Below, piece after piece: positions 32,092 to 41,404 of a stretch of DNA of 64,000 nt; positions within the stretch are counted from its first letter, which is position 1; every line of letters starts with the position of its first letter. The stretch is from Terriglobia bacterium (lineage in GTDB: Bacteria > Acidobacteriota > Terriglobia > 2-12-FULL-54-10): NCBI GenBank assembly GCA_963666975.2, contig CAXVYR010000004.1:2080001-2144000 (forward strand), in the 5' to 3' direction. The notes beneath the pieces were generated by a model. The model saw only the letters and a list, made by a program, of their open reading frames with translations, had not been told where the DNA came from and did not search any database. The position numbers were made by a program, and so were the translations under genes.

Positions 32092-32573
32092 CCCGTCGCA
32101 ATCCCAAGCCACGAAACGAGCGTGAAGCAGAAGCCCGCAATCGCGCTCTGCACGCTCTTGCGCGAGTCCGCCGGGGTGAATCCCTTTCCCAGGCTGCACA
32201 GGCCGAGCATGTGAAACTTGCCACAATCAAGAAGTACCTGGGCGGCCAGTTTCACCAAGACGCGCCCGGCAAGCGCTGGAAGCCAACCCAATCTGATCGG
32301 CTCAGTGTCCGGATGAACGTTCTGACTCCGCTCGGCTCCACGACCGTATTAGTGCGCGGGTCACGCGAACGAATTCGCCTGGGACGTTACAACATCGCGC
32401 TAGCAAAATGGCGGCGGTCAGAGCCGGGTGCGGAGGCGGAGCTAGCAAAATTCACGGGTAAGCGTGTTGGCGGGCATCTGCTCATTACCGACACAAAGCT
32501 ACTGGCGACTCTCGAAGACGCTGATGTGATTGACTTCCCGGAATTGTATTCGTCTCTCACAGGGGGCGCATGA
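32088..32573 (+). CDS. Basic hypothetical protein with N-terminal HTH-like segment
   Basis: [25 protein letters not shown] overlaps at both ends. Confidence 0.7.
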   Translation: MTRRNPKPRNEREAEARNRALHALARVRRGESLSQAAQAEHVKLATIKKYLGGQFHQDAPGKRWKPTQSDRLSVRMNVLTPLGSTTVLVRGSRERIRLGRYNIALAKWRRSEPGAEAELAKFTGKRVGGHLLITDTKLLATLEDADVIDFPELYSSLTGGA

Positions 32574-32911
32574 GCGTACGAGCAAAGACCAGCGCCCGCT
32601 GTGTGATCTGTGGCATCAAGGAGATAGAGCACAACCATGTGGGCGGTCGGAATCATGTCGCATGGTTCACGATGCCGTTCTGCCGCAAGCACCATTCGCA
32701 GTTTCACCATCTCCTCAGAAATGCCGGTGTCGATCTGGAATACACATCCGACCCGTGTGAACGATTGATTCGTGCGCTCAATGCACTGACGGCCTGCGAT
32801 TGGATACTGCAAGAAGCGCTAAGAGAAATTATTCGTACGGCTCCAAGTAAATCTCCCCGCAGAACCCCCGAGAAGTGTACGTCGTCAGATAATGTTGGAC
32901 ACAGAGCATAA
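32570..32911 (+). CDS. HNH-like zinc-binding protein (3' end runs into an IS fragment at 32876)
   Basis: CVIC...EHNHVGG...FCRKHH...H. Confidence 0.6.
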   Translation: MSVRAKTSARCVICGIKEIEHNHVGGRNHVAWFTMPFCRKHHSQFHHLLRNAGVDLEYTSDPCERLIRALNALTACDWILQEALREIIRTAPSKSPRRTPEKCTSSDNVGHRA

Positions 32912-32941
32912 AAAGATAAGGTGGCGTTCAGGCTCCTCTGG
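32876..32941 (-). mobile_element. 66-bp right-end fragment of the IS3/IS481-like element
   Basis: Identical to 28739-28804 and abuts copy B. Confidence 0.85.
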
Positions 32942-33028
32942 TGTGCCCCGTCAGGGCTTGTTGGACAGGTAGAGGGTAATAGTTAAGGTGATGTTTTTGG
33001 CTCATCGTAGAGACTGAAAGGAACGAAG

Positions 33029-33400
33029 ATGAGACAAAAACAAGACGACAGGGGGGCGGTCGAGAAGGCCGTCCGGGAGATCAAACGCAGGACGCGGCGC
33101 AGGTTCAGCCCGGAAGACAAAATCCGCATTGTATTGCAGGGACTTCGCGGCGAGGACAGCATCGCGGAGCTGTGCCGCCGCGAGGGGCTGCACCAGAACC
33201 AGTATTACCGCTGGAGCAAGGAGTTTCTGGAGGCTGGCCGCAAGCGGCTGGCGGGCGACATAGACCGTGAGGCAACCAGTGGCGAAGTCAAGACTCTGCG
33301 GGAGCAGGCCGTACAGCTGAAAGAGGCCCTGGCCGAGGCTATGCTGGAAAATCGCCTGCTAAAAAAAAGCGTGATCGGGGATGGGGAGGAACATACATGA
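33029..33400 (+). CDS. Transposase OrfA
   Basis: Same protein as 29792-30163. Confidence 0.9.
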   Translation: MRQKQDDRGAVEKAVREIKRRTRRRFSPEDKIRIVLQGLRGEDSIAELCRREGLHQNQYYRWSKEFLEAGRKRLAGDIDREATSGEVKTLREQAVQLKEALAEAMLENRLLKKSVIGDGEEHT

Positions 33401-34380
33401 GATACCCTGCCTCGGAGAAGCTGGAGATCATCTGCACGGTGGAGCAATCTGCCCTGGGGGTGCGCCGGACGCTGCAGCAGGTTGGCATTCCCAGATCGAC
33501 GTTTTACAACTGGTACGACCGCTATGTGTCGGAAGGCTTTGATGGGCTGGAAGACAAAAAACCCGATCCTGGCCCTGTCTGGAACAAGGTGCCGGAGGAG
33601 ATAACTCAGCAGTTGGTGACGTTAGCCCTGGCCGAGCCCGATCTGTCGTCACGCGAGCTGGCGGTGCGTTTTACCGAGGAAAGGCGGTATTACCTTTCTG
33701 AATCGACGGTTTACCGCGTCCTGAAAAGCCATGACCTGATTACCGCGCCAGCCTTTATTGTCCTGAAAGCGGCGGAACGGTTCGCCAACCCGACCACGGC
33801 GGTCAACCAGCTCTGGCAGACCGACTTCACCTACCTGAAAGTCATCGGTTGGGGCTGGTTCTACCTGTCCACGGTGCTGGACGACTTCTCGCGCTATATC
33901 ATCGCCTGGCGGCTGTGCAAAACCATGAGCGCAAGTGACGTCTCGGCCACGTTGCGGGATGCTTTGCAAGCCACCGGCCTCGACCGCGTGGGCGCCCGGC
34001 ACAGACCTCGCCTCCTGAGCGACAACGGGCCGTGCTACGTCTCTTCCGAACTGCAATCATGGCTGGCAGAAAACAGCGTGCCGCATACTCGCGGCAAGCC
34101 CTATCACCCCATGACGCAGGGCAAGATCGAACGCTGGCACCGAACTCTGAAAGACCGCATCCTGCTCAACAACTATTACCTGCCAGAAGAGCTGGAGCGG
34201 CAGATCGATGCCTTCGTCAACCACTACAACACCAACCGATACCATGAAAGCCTGAACAACCTGACACCGTATGACGTTTTTACAGGCCAAGGCAGTGCCA
34301 TCCTGCAAAAACGGGATCGCATCAAAGAGAAAACTATGATCTTAAGAAAACGGTTGCACTTCAAAAGAAGGGCAGCCTAA
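33397..34380 (+). CDS. Transposase OrfB
   Basis: Same protein as 28812-29795. Confidence 0.92.
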   Translation: MRYPASEKLEIICTVEQSALGVRRTLQQVGIPRSTFYNWYDRYVSEGFDGLEDKKPDPGPVWNKVPEEITQQLVTLALAEPDLSSRELAVRFTEERRYYLSESTVYRVLKSHDLITAPAFIVLKAAERFANPTTAVNQLWQTDFTYLKVIGWGWFYLSTVLDDFSRYIIAWRLCKTMSASDVSATLRDALQATGLDRVGARHRPRLLSDNGPCYVSSELQSWLAENSVPHTRGKPYHPMTQGKIERWHRTLKDRILLNNYYLPEELERQIDAFVNHYNTNRYHESLNNLTPYDVFTGQGSAILQKRDRIKEKTMILRKRLHFKRRAA

Positions 34381-34529
34381 CATCAACCCAGAGGAGCCTG
34401 AACGCCACCTTATCTTTTTATGCTCTGTGTCCAACATTATCTGACGACGTACAGATGACGATCCGGCCATCGCCCGAACCTAGGGGTATGGCTCCTTCGG
34501 ACAATGGAGCGTTACCTCTGAACCCATTC

Positions 34530-34979
34530 TTATTCTTTTGCTCCTGCCTTCTTGAGGATTTCAACCACTTCAGTGTGCCCATTCTCCTGTGCTTTCATCA
34601 ACGCAGTCGCTCCAAATGTGCCTTGGGCATTGACGTTAGCGCCTGCGTCGAGCAAGGCTTGCACGGTAGCGGTGTGGCCCCAAAATGCCGCCCACATCAA
34701 GGCCGTCGAACCCTCATTTTCTTCGGCATTGATGTCTGCGCTACCTTCAAGCAAGGCTTGCACGGTAGCGGTGTGGCCTCTGGCCGCCGCCTCCATCAAG
34801 GCCGTCCATCCATACTCGTCTTTGGCATTGACATTTGCACCCGCGTCGATCAAGGCCTGCACGGCATCGGTGTTGCCCATCCCTGCTGCGCTATTCAGCG
34901 CTAGATTAGCAGCCCTTGTGCAGGCTAGGAGCGGGATCAGAAGGGCAACAAGCAGGAGTCCTTTGCAGGCGTATCGCAT
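34530..34979 (-). CDS. Ankyrin-repeat lipoprotein
   Basis: Lipobox LLAC followed by repeats G.TALM.AA..GH...VQALL.AGA.VNA. Confidence 0.88.
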   Translation of the reverse strand: MRYACKGLLLVALLIPLLACTRAANLALNSAAGMGNTDAVQALIDAGANVNAKDEYGWTALMEAAARGHTATVQALLEGSADINAEENEGSTALMWAAFWGHTATVQALLDAGANVNAQGTFGATALMKAQENGHTEVVEILKKAGAKE

Positions 34980-35947
34980 AACGTCCCTCAATCGAATTAA
35001 CTTTTGGCTTCCCGGTCTCAGTCGCAGTATACTCCCAATCCGCCAGGCCCCTCGCCCAGGGGGTGGGCCAGAAACAGGGGGCCGAGCCCTCAATCTAAAA
35101 CGTCCCCGCACGCGATCCGCGCCTGGTAACTTGAGACCACGCCGCATGCGCCTCCGCCTTGCTTTTCCCTCGGTTCCTGTGCCTTGGGGGTGTAGCACTT
35201 TTCCCGTCCGTATAGCCTACCCCCTCAACCGTTTGACGGGATAGGAGACAGGGCGATCTCAAACTGTACCCCCTACCAATAGGACGGTATAGGACTGTGT
35301 GAACCTGAGGGGGCGATTGCGCCCCTGGCCCCCGGCGCACCCGTCGAACTGAATTCTGGGCGAACACTCGCTACCCTGTTTCTGGCCCACCCCCCTCGGG
35401 AGCAAGACGGGTGTATACTCGCAACCGCCGAAGGGCCAAAAAACTAATTCCTGTTTAGGTGAGAGCGTTTTCCGGGCGGTCCATCAGCCCTCCTCTTTCC
35501 AGGAAGCTGTAAAGGATGTCAGGCCGCCCTCGCCTACCTCCAGGGTGAAGCCGTAGCGGCCTACAGTCGGGTGCCTGCTGAGAAGAACCTGAAGATGCTT
35601 TTATCCGCAACTAGGGATGAAACCCATTTTAGTAACAATAACAACAATCCAGCATGGGGGAATGAAACTCACCTTATTCTCAGTCTCTCCGGGGCTATAC
35701 GTAGTGATGGTTCATTTACGGGAAACTGCATAATCAAGAATACCGGAAGTGCCGCGAATAAAAATGCCCGGAGTATTAATCCAGTAGTTCTCGGATCGTC
35801 AGTCCGCCCGTTGCAGATCAATCCCTCGAGGAGTGCTCGGAACAGGGGTTTTTGTCGCGCGGCCTTCCTTAGTTGATCTTCCCCCTTGAGGAACTTTTTC
35901 GGCTTCGTTAGGTTCTAATAACACTGTAGGGTACATCCTCATTCATT

Positions 35948-37682
35948 TCATTTCCAGCCCTTGCCAACCTGCACAATTGGAGCTTCTATACCCGGGCTGA
36001 ATTTGACCTCATCCATGCTTTCTATGTGTACTACCTGACCCTCGACAAAATGAGAACTAAGGAAATACCCTAGTTGTACCCCCCGGGAATTAAAATAAGG
36101 CATAACCCACCATCCCTCTCTCCCGTTTGGTGCGGGCGGAGGAACATGCAGCAGTACCCCTTCGGGTGGGGGATAGACATCTCCGATCACCCATACCCGA
36201 TTCCCGGACCTGAGACTCTTTTCGATCTCATCCCAGACAGGCTGGAGCGGATTTACAGCTGACATTTTTTCTTGTAATAGATCGAATCGATTGATTGCTA
36301 AATCCTCGATGGGCGGAATCGTCATCCACTTTGTCTTACCCCGGTAATAGTGTTGGAACGTGATTCCCAACCAATACGGATTAAGAATAATCAAGTCTTC
36401 TTCCGATGCTCGTTCCTCCATTACGGATGCAATGATATCAAGGTTGGTAAATCGCTCTGGGACAATTTGCCACGTGATTGGAAGGGTCAATCCCGCCACC
36501 GCAAGCGCCACAACAAGACGTACAATCCTTCTACGGAACGTGTTGGCTGCTTGTTCCAATCCAATGTCTACCGAGATAGCAATAACACCCATCAAAATAA
36601 TATAGTACCAGGGGCTGGTCGGAAGGCCTGTGTTTTTCAAGAATACCACAAATAATACTGAACTCATAACCATAACCGTCAGGTTGAATATGCAGAGGTC
36701 GGCGGTATCTTTATGCTCTGGATCGTTCCGCTTGTACACTATGAAATAAATAGAGGTCAAAATACAAACAGCAGAGCAAACGACCCAAGTCCACAACAGG
36801 AATGAACTCAAAACGGAGGCGCGTCTCAAAATCTAAACTAAAGGAGAGTCTGAATCTTTCGAATATGACGGACCAAGGGTAGGATGATTGTACAACAACC
36901 AGTACTTCATGAGCTTTCCTTATTGTTTCTAGATAAGGGATCAATGAAAGAGCGGATATCGCTCCTATGCCAAGAACCAAAAAGTATTCTGTTCCATCTG
37001 CGTTTTCGGATGCATACGAAGGACGCCCCAAGGCAAATCGTGAACAGGAAGAATGCATTCTGATACAGGCACTGGACGCTCAGGACAGACACCAAGGCTG
37101 CCAACGCGACTCGGCCTTTGGATGGCGATGTCACTACTTTCCAAATAAGGCCATAAGCGAGCAATATTAAGAGTATGCCGAGGCTGTATCCTCGAATGGA
37201 AATCCACCACCGAATTACAGTAGGATTAAATCCGAACAAAACCAGGGAAAAGATAGGAACGGTGTAGCCTAGTCCTTTTCGATTTAACCATAATACTAAC
37301 AAAATCCCGATTCCGATCAATGCGCTAAAAAAAAAGCTAGTATTCTCAGACTGGCATCACCGCCTCCAAGCCATGGAACGCCTGTCCAAGTCCGCAAACC
37401 GATATACGGCAGTACAGCACAGCATTCGTGGGGGAGAGACGACCATAACTGTGAAAACGACGGCATAGTTGCAACACCGATCGTAGCTACTTCATCCCGC
37501 CAAAGGGCACCCACTTGGCTCGCACGATACACATGCAGGAAAACGATCATACCCGTGAGAGACCCAGCGAATAACAATTCCACCTTCCGGATTATCGGCA
37601 GATGGTCCTTTGGTGTACGATCTTTGTGCTTAAGGAAGATTTGCGGTTTTCTTCTTTTACGTTTGTTCGCGTTCTTACCCAT
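35948..37682 (-). pseudogene. Polytopic GT-C (PMT/ArnT-like) glycosyltransferase split into three frames
   Basis: LWRDE after the first TM, RGYSLG, many TM helices. ORFs 37317-37682, 36907-37320 and 35948-36829 are consecutive. Confidence 0.65.
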
Positions 37683-38040
37683 TAAACTAAGAATCCCACG
37701 ATGGTTACGAGGCTACCGCAGGAGCCGCCCGGACACAGCTCGTGTCCGTCATAGCGGGGGGTGGCCACGATGGAGTCACTCGAACTGATGATCTGGCCCC
37801 GCAACGAGGAATTGGGGGGGTTGGCCCCCCCCCCAGTGATTCCAGGCTTTCTATGTGGACCGTTGGTGCTCGCAAGCATGGCCAACGTGATTTGGAAGGG
37901 AACAGTCGCAGTGTTGAGGCTATCTTGCCCTGTACTGTTGGAGCGTTGGTGAAGCAGGCATTGCAGGCTCAACCGTGAGGATCCCACCATCTTGCCCGTG
38001 TTGAGCTGGCCGTCTCCCTGTTGTCCGCAGGTCAACTTAT

Positions 38041-38190
38041 CCGGAATTCCCATTTGAGCTTTACCTTCACCCGAAAACCTATGCCTGTTACACTGCCTTG
38101 TCAAGGGCAATGCGCCCTGTCTTCTTTGAGGTGATAGTGAAGCTCGTTTGGGACATTCTTCAGAGTCGCCGTGCGGGTTTTGATTCCACT
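38041..38190 (-). mobile_element. IS1380-family right-end remnant
   Basis: Reverse complement aligns with about 17895-18038, including the GGAATTCCGG terminus. Confidence 0.7.
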
Positions 38191-38195
38191 TCATC

Positions 38196-38545
38196 TCATT
38201 TCCGCTCGATTCCAACGAGTTGCGCCAGCGTCTGCCAATGCCTCGGATGCGGAACCCGCCTGCCAGCACGAATATCCAATGTGTACGACTCAGAGACCCC
38301 GAGTGTTGAGGACAAGACTGAAAGCGTGACCCCTGCAAGACGAGGCTGTATCTGTTCGAGGTAGTCCCTTTCAGTAAGCTCAGTGAGTTGTCCAGACTTT
38401 TTCCAGGTGCGCTTTGCGGCAGCATGTCGGCGTTGTGTATTGGCCCGGCGGGCCTGGGCCTTGGGAGACAGCGCGGCGATTCTACCGAGTTTTGCAGCCT
38501 TCATCAGGCGCTCTGTCGAGAGTTCCAATGCGCTACGATGCACAC
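38196..38545 (-). pseudogene. CxxC + HTH-like C-terminal remnant (putative Cas1-solo tail)
   Basis: Homologous to 14100-14400. Removing one base near 38535 restores C-A-S-C in frame ahead of ALELSTERL. Confidence 0.5.
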
Positions 38546-38722
38546 TCTACACTAATTCTGAAAATGGTCTAAACTCTGGATGGATGAGGGTTAGCTCTTC
38601 TGAGTCTACTCTCAAGCTGATTCGCAGGGTATACTGCCAGGAGAACCGGGTAAGGGCAAGTTCGGCGCGGACGGTGCGACTTGGGAGATTGAATGCGAAT
38701 ACACGCTTCCCGAAGAGGGAGC

Positions 38723-39157
38723 CTACTTTTTCGCCAGATTCTCGTACCGATCCTGGGGGGCGCTGTCGGTGGCGGAAGGAAGACCGCGGGGCGCCCAGCC
38801 CGGAAAAGTGAGGTGCCCCATCTGGTCCACCTCCCCGCCAAATCCGCCGCGCATGTCGAGCACGTTGGAGAATTCGCCCACCAGCAGTAGCTCCGCCGCC
38901 TTCAGCGAGCGGCCCCCTCTCTGGCAGCCGGTAATGCACTTCACATCCTTGCCGAAATTCTTCTCCACCACCTCCACAAACCGGGCGTTCACCTGCATGC
39001 GCCCGTAGGCGTCCGGCTCCACCACCGGGACATTCTTGGCGCCCGGGACGTGACCGGCTTCGAACTCCGGCACGTTCCGCACGTCCAGATAGATGTAACC
39101 GGTATTGGAATCGAGCAGCTCCTTGGCTTCCTCCGGCGTGATTCGTGTGACTTGCAT
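38723..39157 (-). CDS. Rhodanese-domain protein
   Basis: YLDVR..EF.AGHVPGA and the active-site loop CQRGGRS. Confidence 0.9.
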   Translation of the reverse strand: MQVTRITPEEAKELLDSNTGYIYLDVRNVPEFEAGHVPGAKNVPVVEPDAYGRMQVNARFVEVVEKNFGKDVKCITGCQRGGRSLKAAELLLVGEFSNVLDMRGGFGGEVDQMGHLTFPGWAPRGLPSATDSAPQDRYENLAKK

Positions 39158-39740
39158 CTTTCCACCTCCGTCGTTGCTCAGAAGATCATAGTACCACTTT
39201 CCGGGGCTTTGGTGCATGGCGACGCTGCGGGGGGCAATGTCGCCTTAGCGTATGATTACGGACCCAGTCTGCCGGAGCCGAAAGCAACCATGCGCTATCC
39301 GAAACGCAACCAGCACAAGTACACGAAGAAGTCCTATCACCTGCGCAACTGGCCAGAGTATGAGGGCGCTCTGCGACGCCGAGGTGACCTTACGCTGTGG
39401 TTCTCCGAGGAAGCCATCCGGGCCTGGCATGCGCCCGCTGGATCGAAACCAGGCGGCCAGCGAATCTATTCCGACCTCGCCATCGAGACCGCCTTGACAG
39501 TGCGCTCGGTCTACCATCTTGCACTGCGTCAGACGGAGGGTTTCCTCGAGTCTCTATCGGTGCGGCTCGGACTGAATCTACGGATACCCGATCACACCAC
39601 GCTGTCGCGCCGAGCGAAGTGTCTCAACGTGAACGTGTTTCATTAACCGTCCGGTGAAGCTCTTCATTGTACGTCGTCAGATAATGTTGGACACAGAGCA
39701 TAAAAAGATAAGGTGGCGTTCAGGCTCCTCTGGGTTGATG

Positions 39741-40724
39741 TTAGGCTGCCCTTCTTTTGAAGTGCAACCGTTTTCTTAAGATCATAGTTTTCTCTTTGAT
39801 GCGATCCCGTTTTTGCAGGATGGCACTGCCTTGGCCTGTAAAAACGTCATACGGTGTCAGGTTGTTCAGGCTTTCATGGTATCGGTTGGTGTTGTAGTGG
39901 TTGACGAAGGCATCGATCTGCCGCTCCAGCTCTTCTGGCAGGTAATAGTTGTTGAGCAGGATGCGGTCTTTCAGAGTTCGGTGCCAGCGTTCGATCTTGC
40001 CCTGCGTCATGGGGTGATAGGGCTTGCCGCGAGTATGCGGCACGCTGTTTTCTGCCAGCCATGATTGCAGTTCGGAAGAGACGTAGCACGGCCCGTTGTC
40101 GCTCAGGAGGCGAGGTCTGTGCCGGGCGCCCACGCGGTCGAGGCCGGTGGCTTGCAAAGCATCCCGCAACGTGGCCGAGACGTCACTTGCGCTCATGGTT
40201 TTGCACAGCCGCCAGGCGATGATATAGCGCGAGAAGTCGTCCAGCACCGTGGACAGGTAGAACCAGCCCCAACCGATGACTTTCAGGTAGGTGAAGTCGG
40301 TCTGCCAGAGCTGGTTGACCGCCGTGGTCGGGTTGGCGAACCGTTCCGCCGCTTTCAGGACAATAAAGGCTGGCGCGGTAATCAGGTCATGGCTTTTCAG
40401 GACGCGGTAAACCGTCGATTCAGAAAGGTAATACCGCCTTTCCTCGGTAAAACGCACCGCCAGCTCGCGTGACGACAGATCGGGCTCGGCCAGGGCTAAC
40501 GTCACCAACTGCTGAGTTATCTCCTCCGGCACCTTGTTCCAGACAGGGCCAGGATCGGGTTTTTTGTCTTCCAGCCCATCAAAGCCTTCCGACACATAGC
40601 GGTCGTACCAGTTGTAAAACGTCGATCTGGGAATGCCAACCTGCTGCAGCGTCCGGCGCACCCCCAGGGCAGATTGCTCCACCGTGCAGATGATCTCCAG
40701 CTTCTCCGAGGCAGGGTATCTCAT
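39741..40724 (-). CDS. Transposase OrfB
   Basis: Same protein as in copies A and B. Confidence 0.92.
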   Translation of the reverse strand: MRYPASEKLEIICTVEQSALGVRRTLQQVGIPRSTFYNWYDRYVSEGFDGLEDKKPDPGPVWNKVPEEITQQLVTLALAEPDLSSRELAVRFTEERRYYLSESTVYRVLKSHDLITAPAFIVLKAAERFANPTTAVNQLWQTDFTYLKVIGWGWFYLSTVLDDFSRYIIAWRLCKTMSASDVSATLRDALQATGLDRVGARHRPRLLSDNGPCYVSSELQSWLAENSVPHTRGKPYHPMTQGKIERWHRTLKDRILLNNYYLPEELERQIDAFVNHYNTNRYHESLNNLTPYDVFTGQGSAILQKRDRIKEKTMILRKRLHFKRRAA

Positions 40725-41092
40725 GTATGTTCCTCCCCATCCCCGATCACGCTTTTTTTTAGCAGGCGATTTTCCAGCATAGCCTCGGCCAGGGCCTCTT
40801 TCAGCTGTACGGCCTGCTCCCGCAGAGTCTTGACTTCGCCACTGGTTGCCTCACGGTCTATGTCGCCCGCCAGCCGCTTGCGGCCAGCCTCCAGAAACTC
40901 CTTGCTCCAGCGGTAATACTGGTTCTGGTGCAGCCCCTCGCGGCGGCACAGCTCCGCGATGCTGTCCTCGCCGCGAAGTCCCTGCAATACAATGCGGATT
41001 TTGTCTTCCGGGCTGAACCTGCGCCGCGTCCTGCGTTTGATCTCCCGGACGGCCTTCTCGACCGCCCCCCTGTCGTCTTGTTTTTGTCTCAT
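40721..41092 (-). CDS. Transposase OrfA
   Basis: Same protein as in copies A and B. Confidence 0.9.
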   Translation of the reverse strand: MRQKQDDRGAVEKAVREIKRRTRRRFSPEDKIRIVLQGLRGEDSIAELCRREGLHQNQYYRWSKEFLEAGRKRLAGDIDREATSGEVKTLREQAVQLKEALAEAMLENRLLKKSVIGDGEEHT

Positions 41093-41404
41093 CTTCGTTC
41101 CTTTCAGTCTCTACGATGAGCCAAAAACATCACCTTAACTATTACCCTCTACCTGTCCAACAAGCCCTGACGGGGCACACTTCATATCTTGGTGGATAGT
41201 ACCGGTTTGAAAGTGTACGTTGATAGCGAGTGGAGAAAGCGCAGTAGCCGCCGGCTGTGGCGAAAACTTCATTTGGTGGTCGATGCGCAGACGGGTGACT
41301 TTGTGGCGTCGGAGCTCACCACGAACAAAGTGGGTGATGCTTCCCAGGTACCGATTCTGCTCGCGCAGATCGACGAGTCCATTGGCTCTATCACTGCGGA
41401 TGGT

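Larger units (their letters stand above)
32942..34453 (+). mobile_element. Two-ORF IS3/IS481-like element, copy B
   Basis: Inverted copy of A, 1512 bp. Confidence 0.92.
39668..41179 (-). mobile_element. Two-ORF IS3/IS481-like element, copy C, with 6-bp TSD CTTCAT
   Basis: CTTCAT at 39662-39667 and 41180-41185. Confidence 0.93.
39205..41404 (+). mobile_element. IS5-family (IS903-group) element, interrupted by IS copy C and truncated by IS256
   Basis: GGCTTTGGTG left end. NWPEY..AL..RG.LT.W, LRQTEG, PDHTTLSRR, then VDSTGLK, WRKLH, ADG after the insertion. Confidence 0.85.

Noticed and set aside
28739-34453. Proven composite transposon carrying cas1
   Set aside because: The outer 6-bp flanks differ, so there is no evidence it has moved as a unit.
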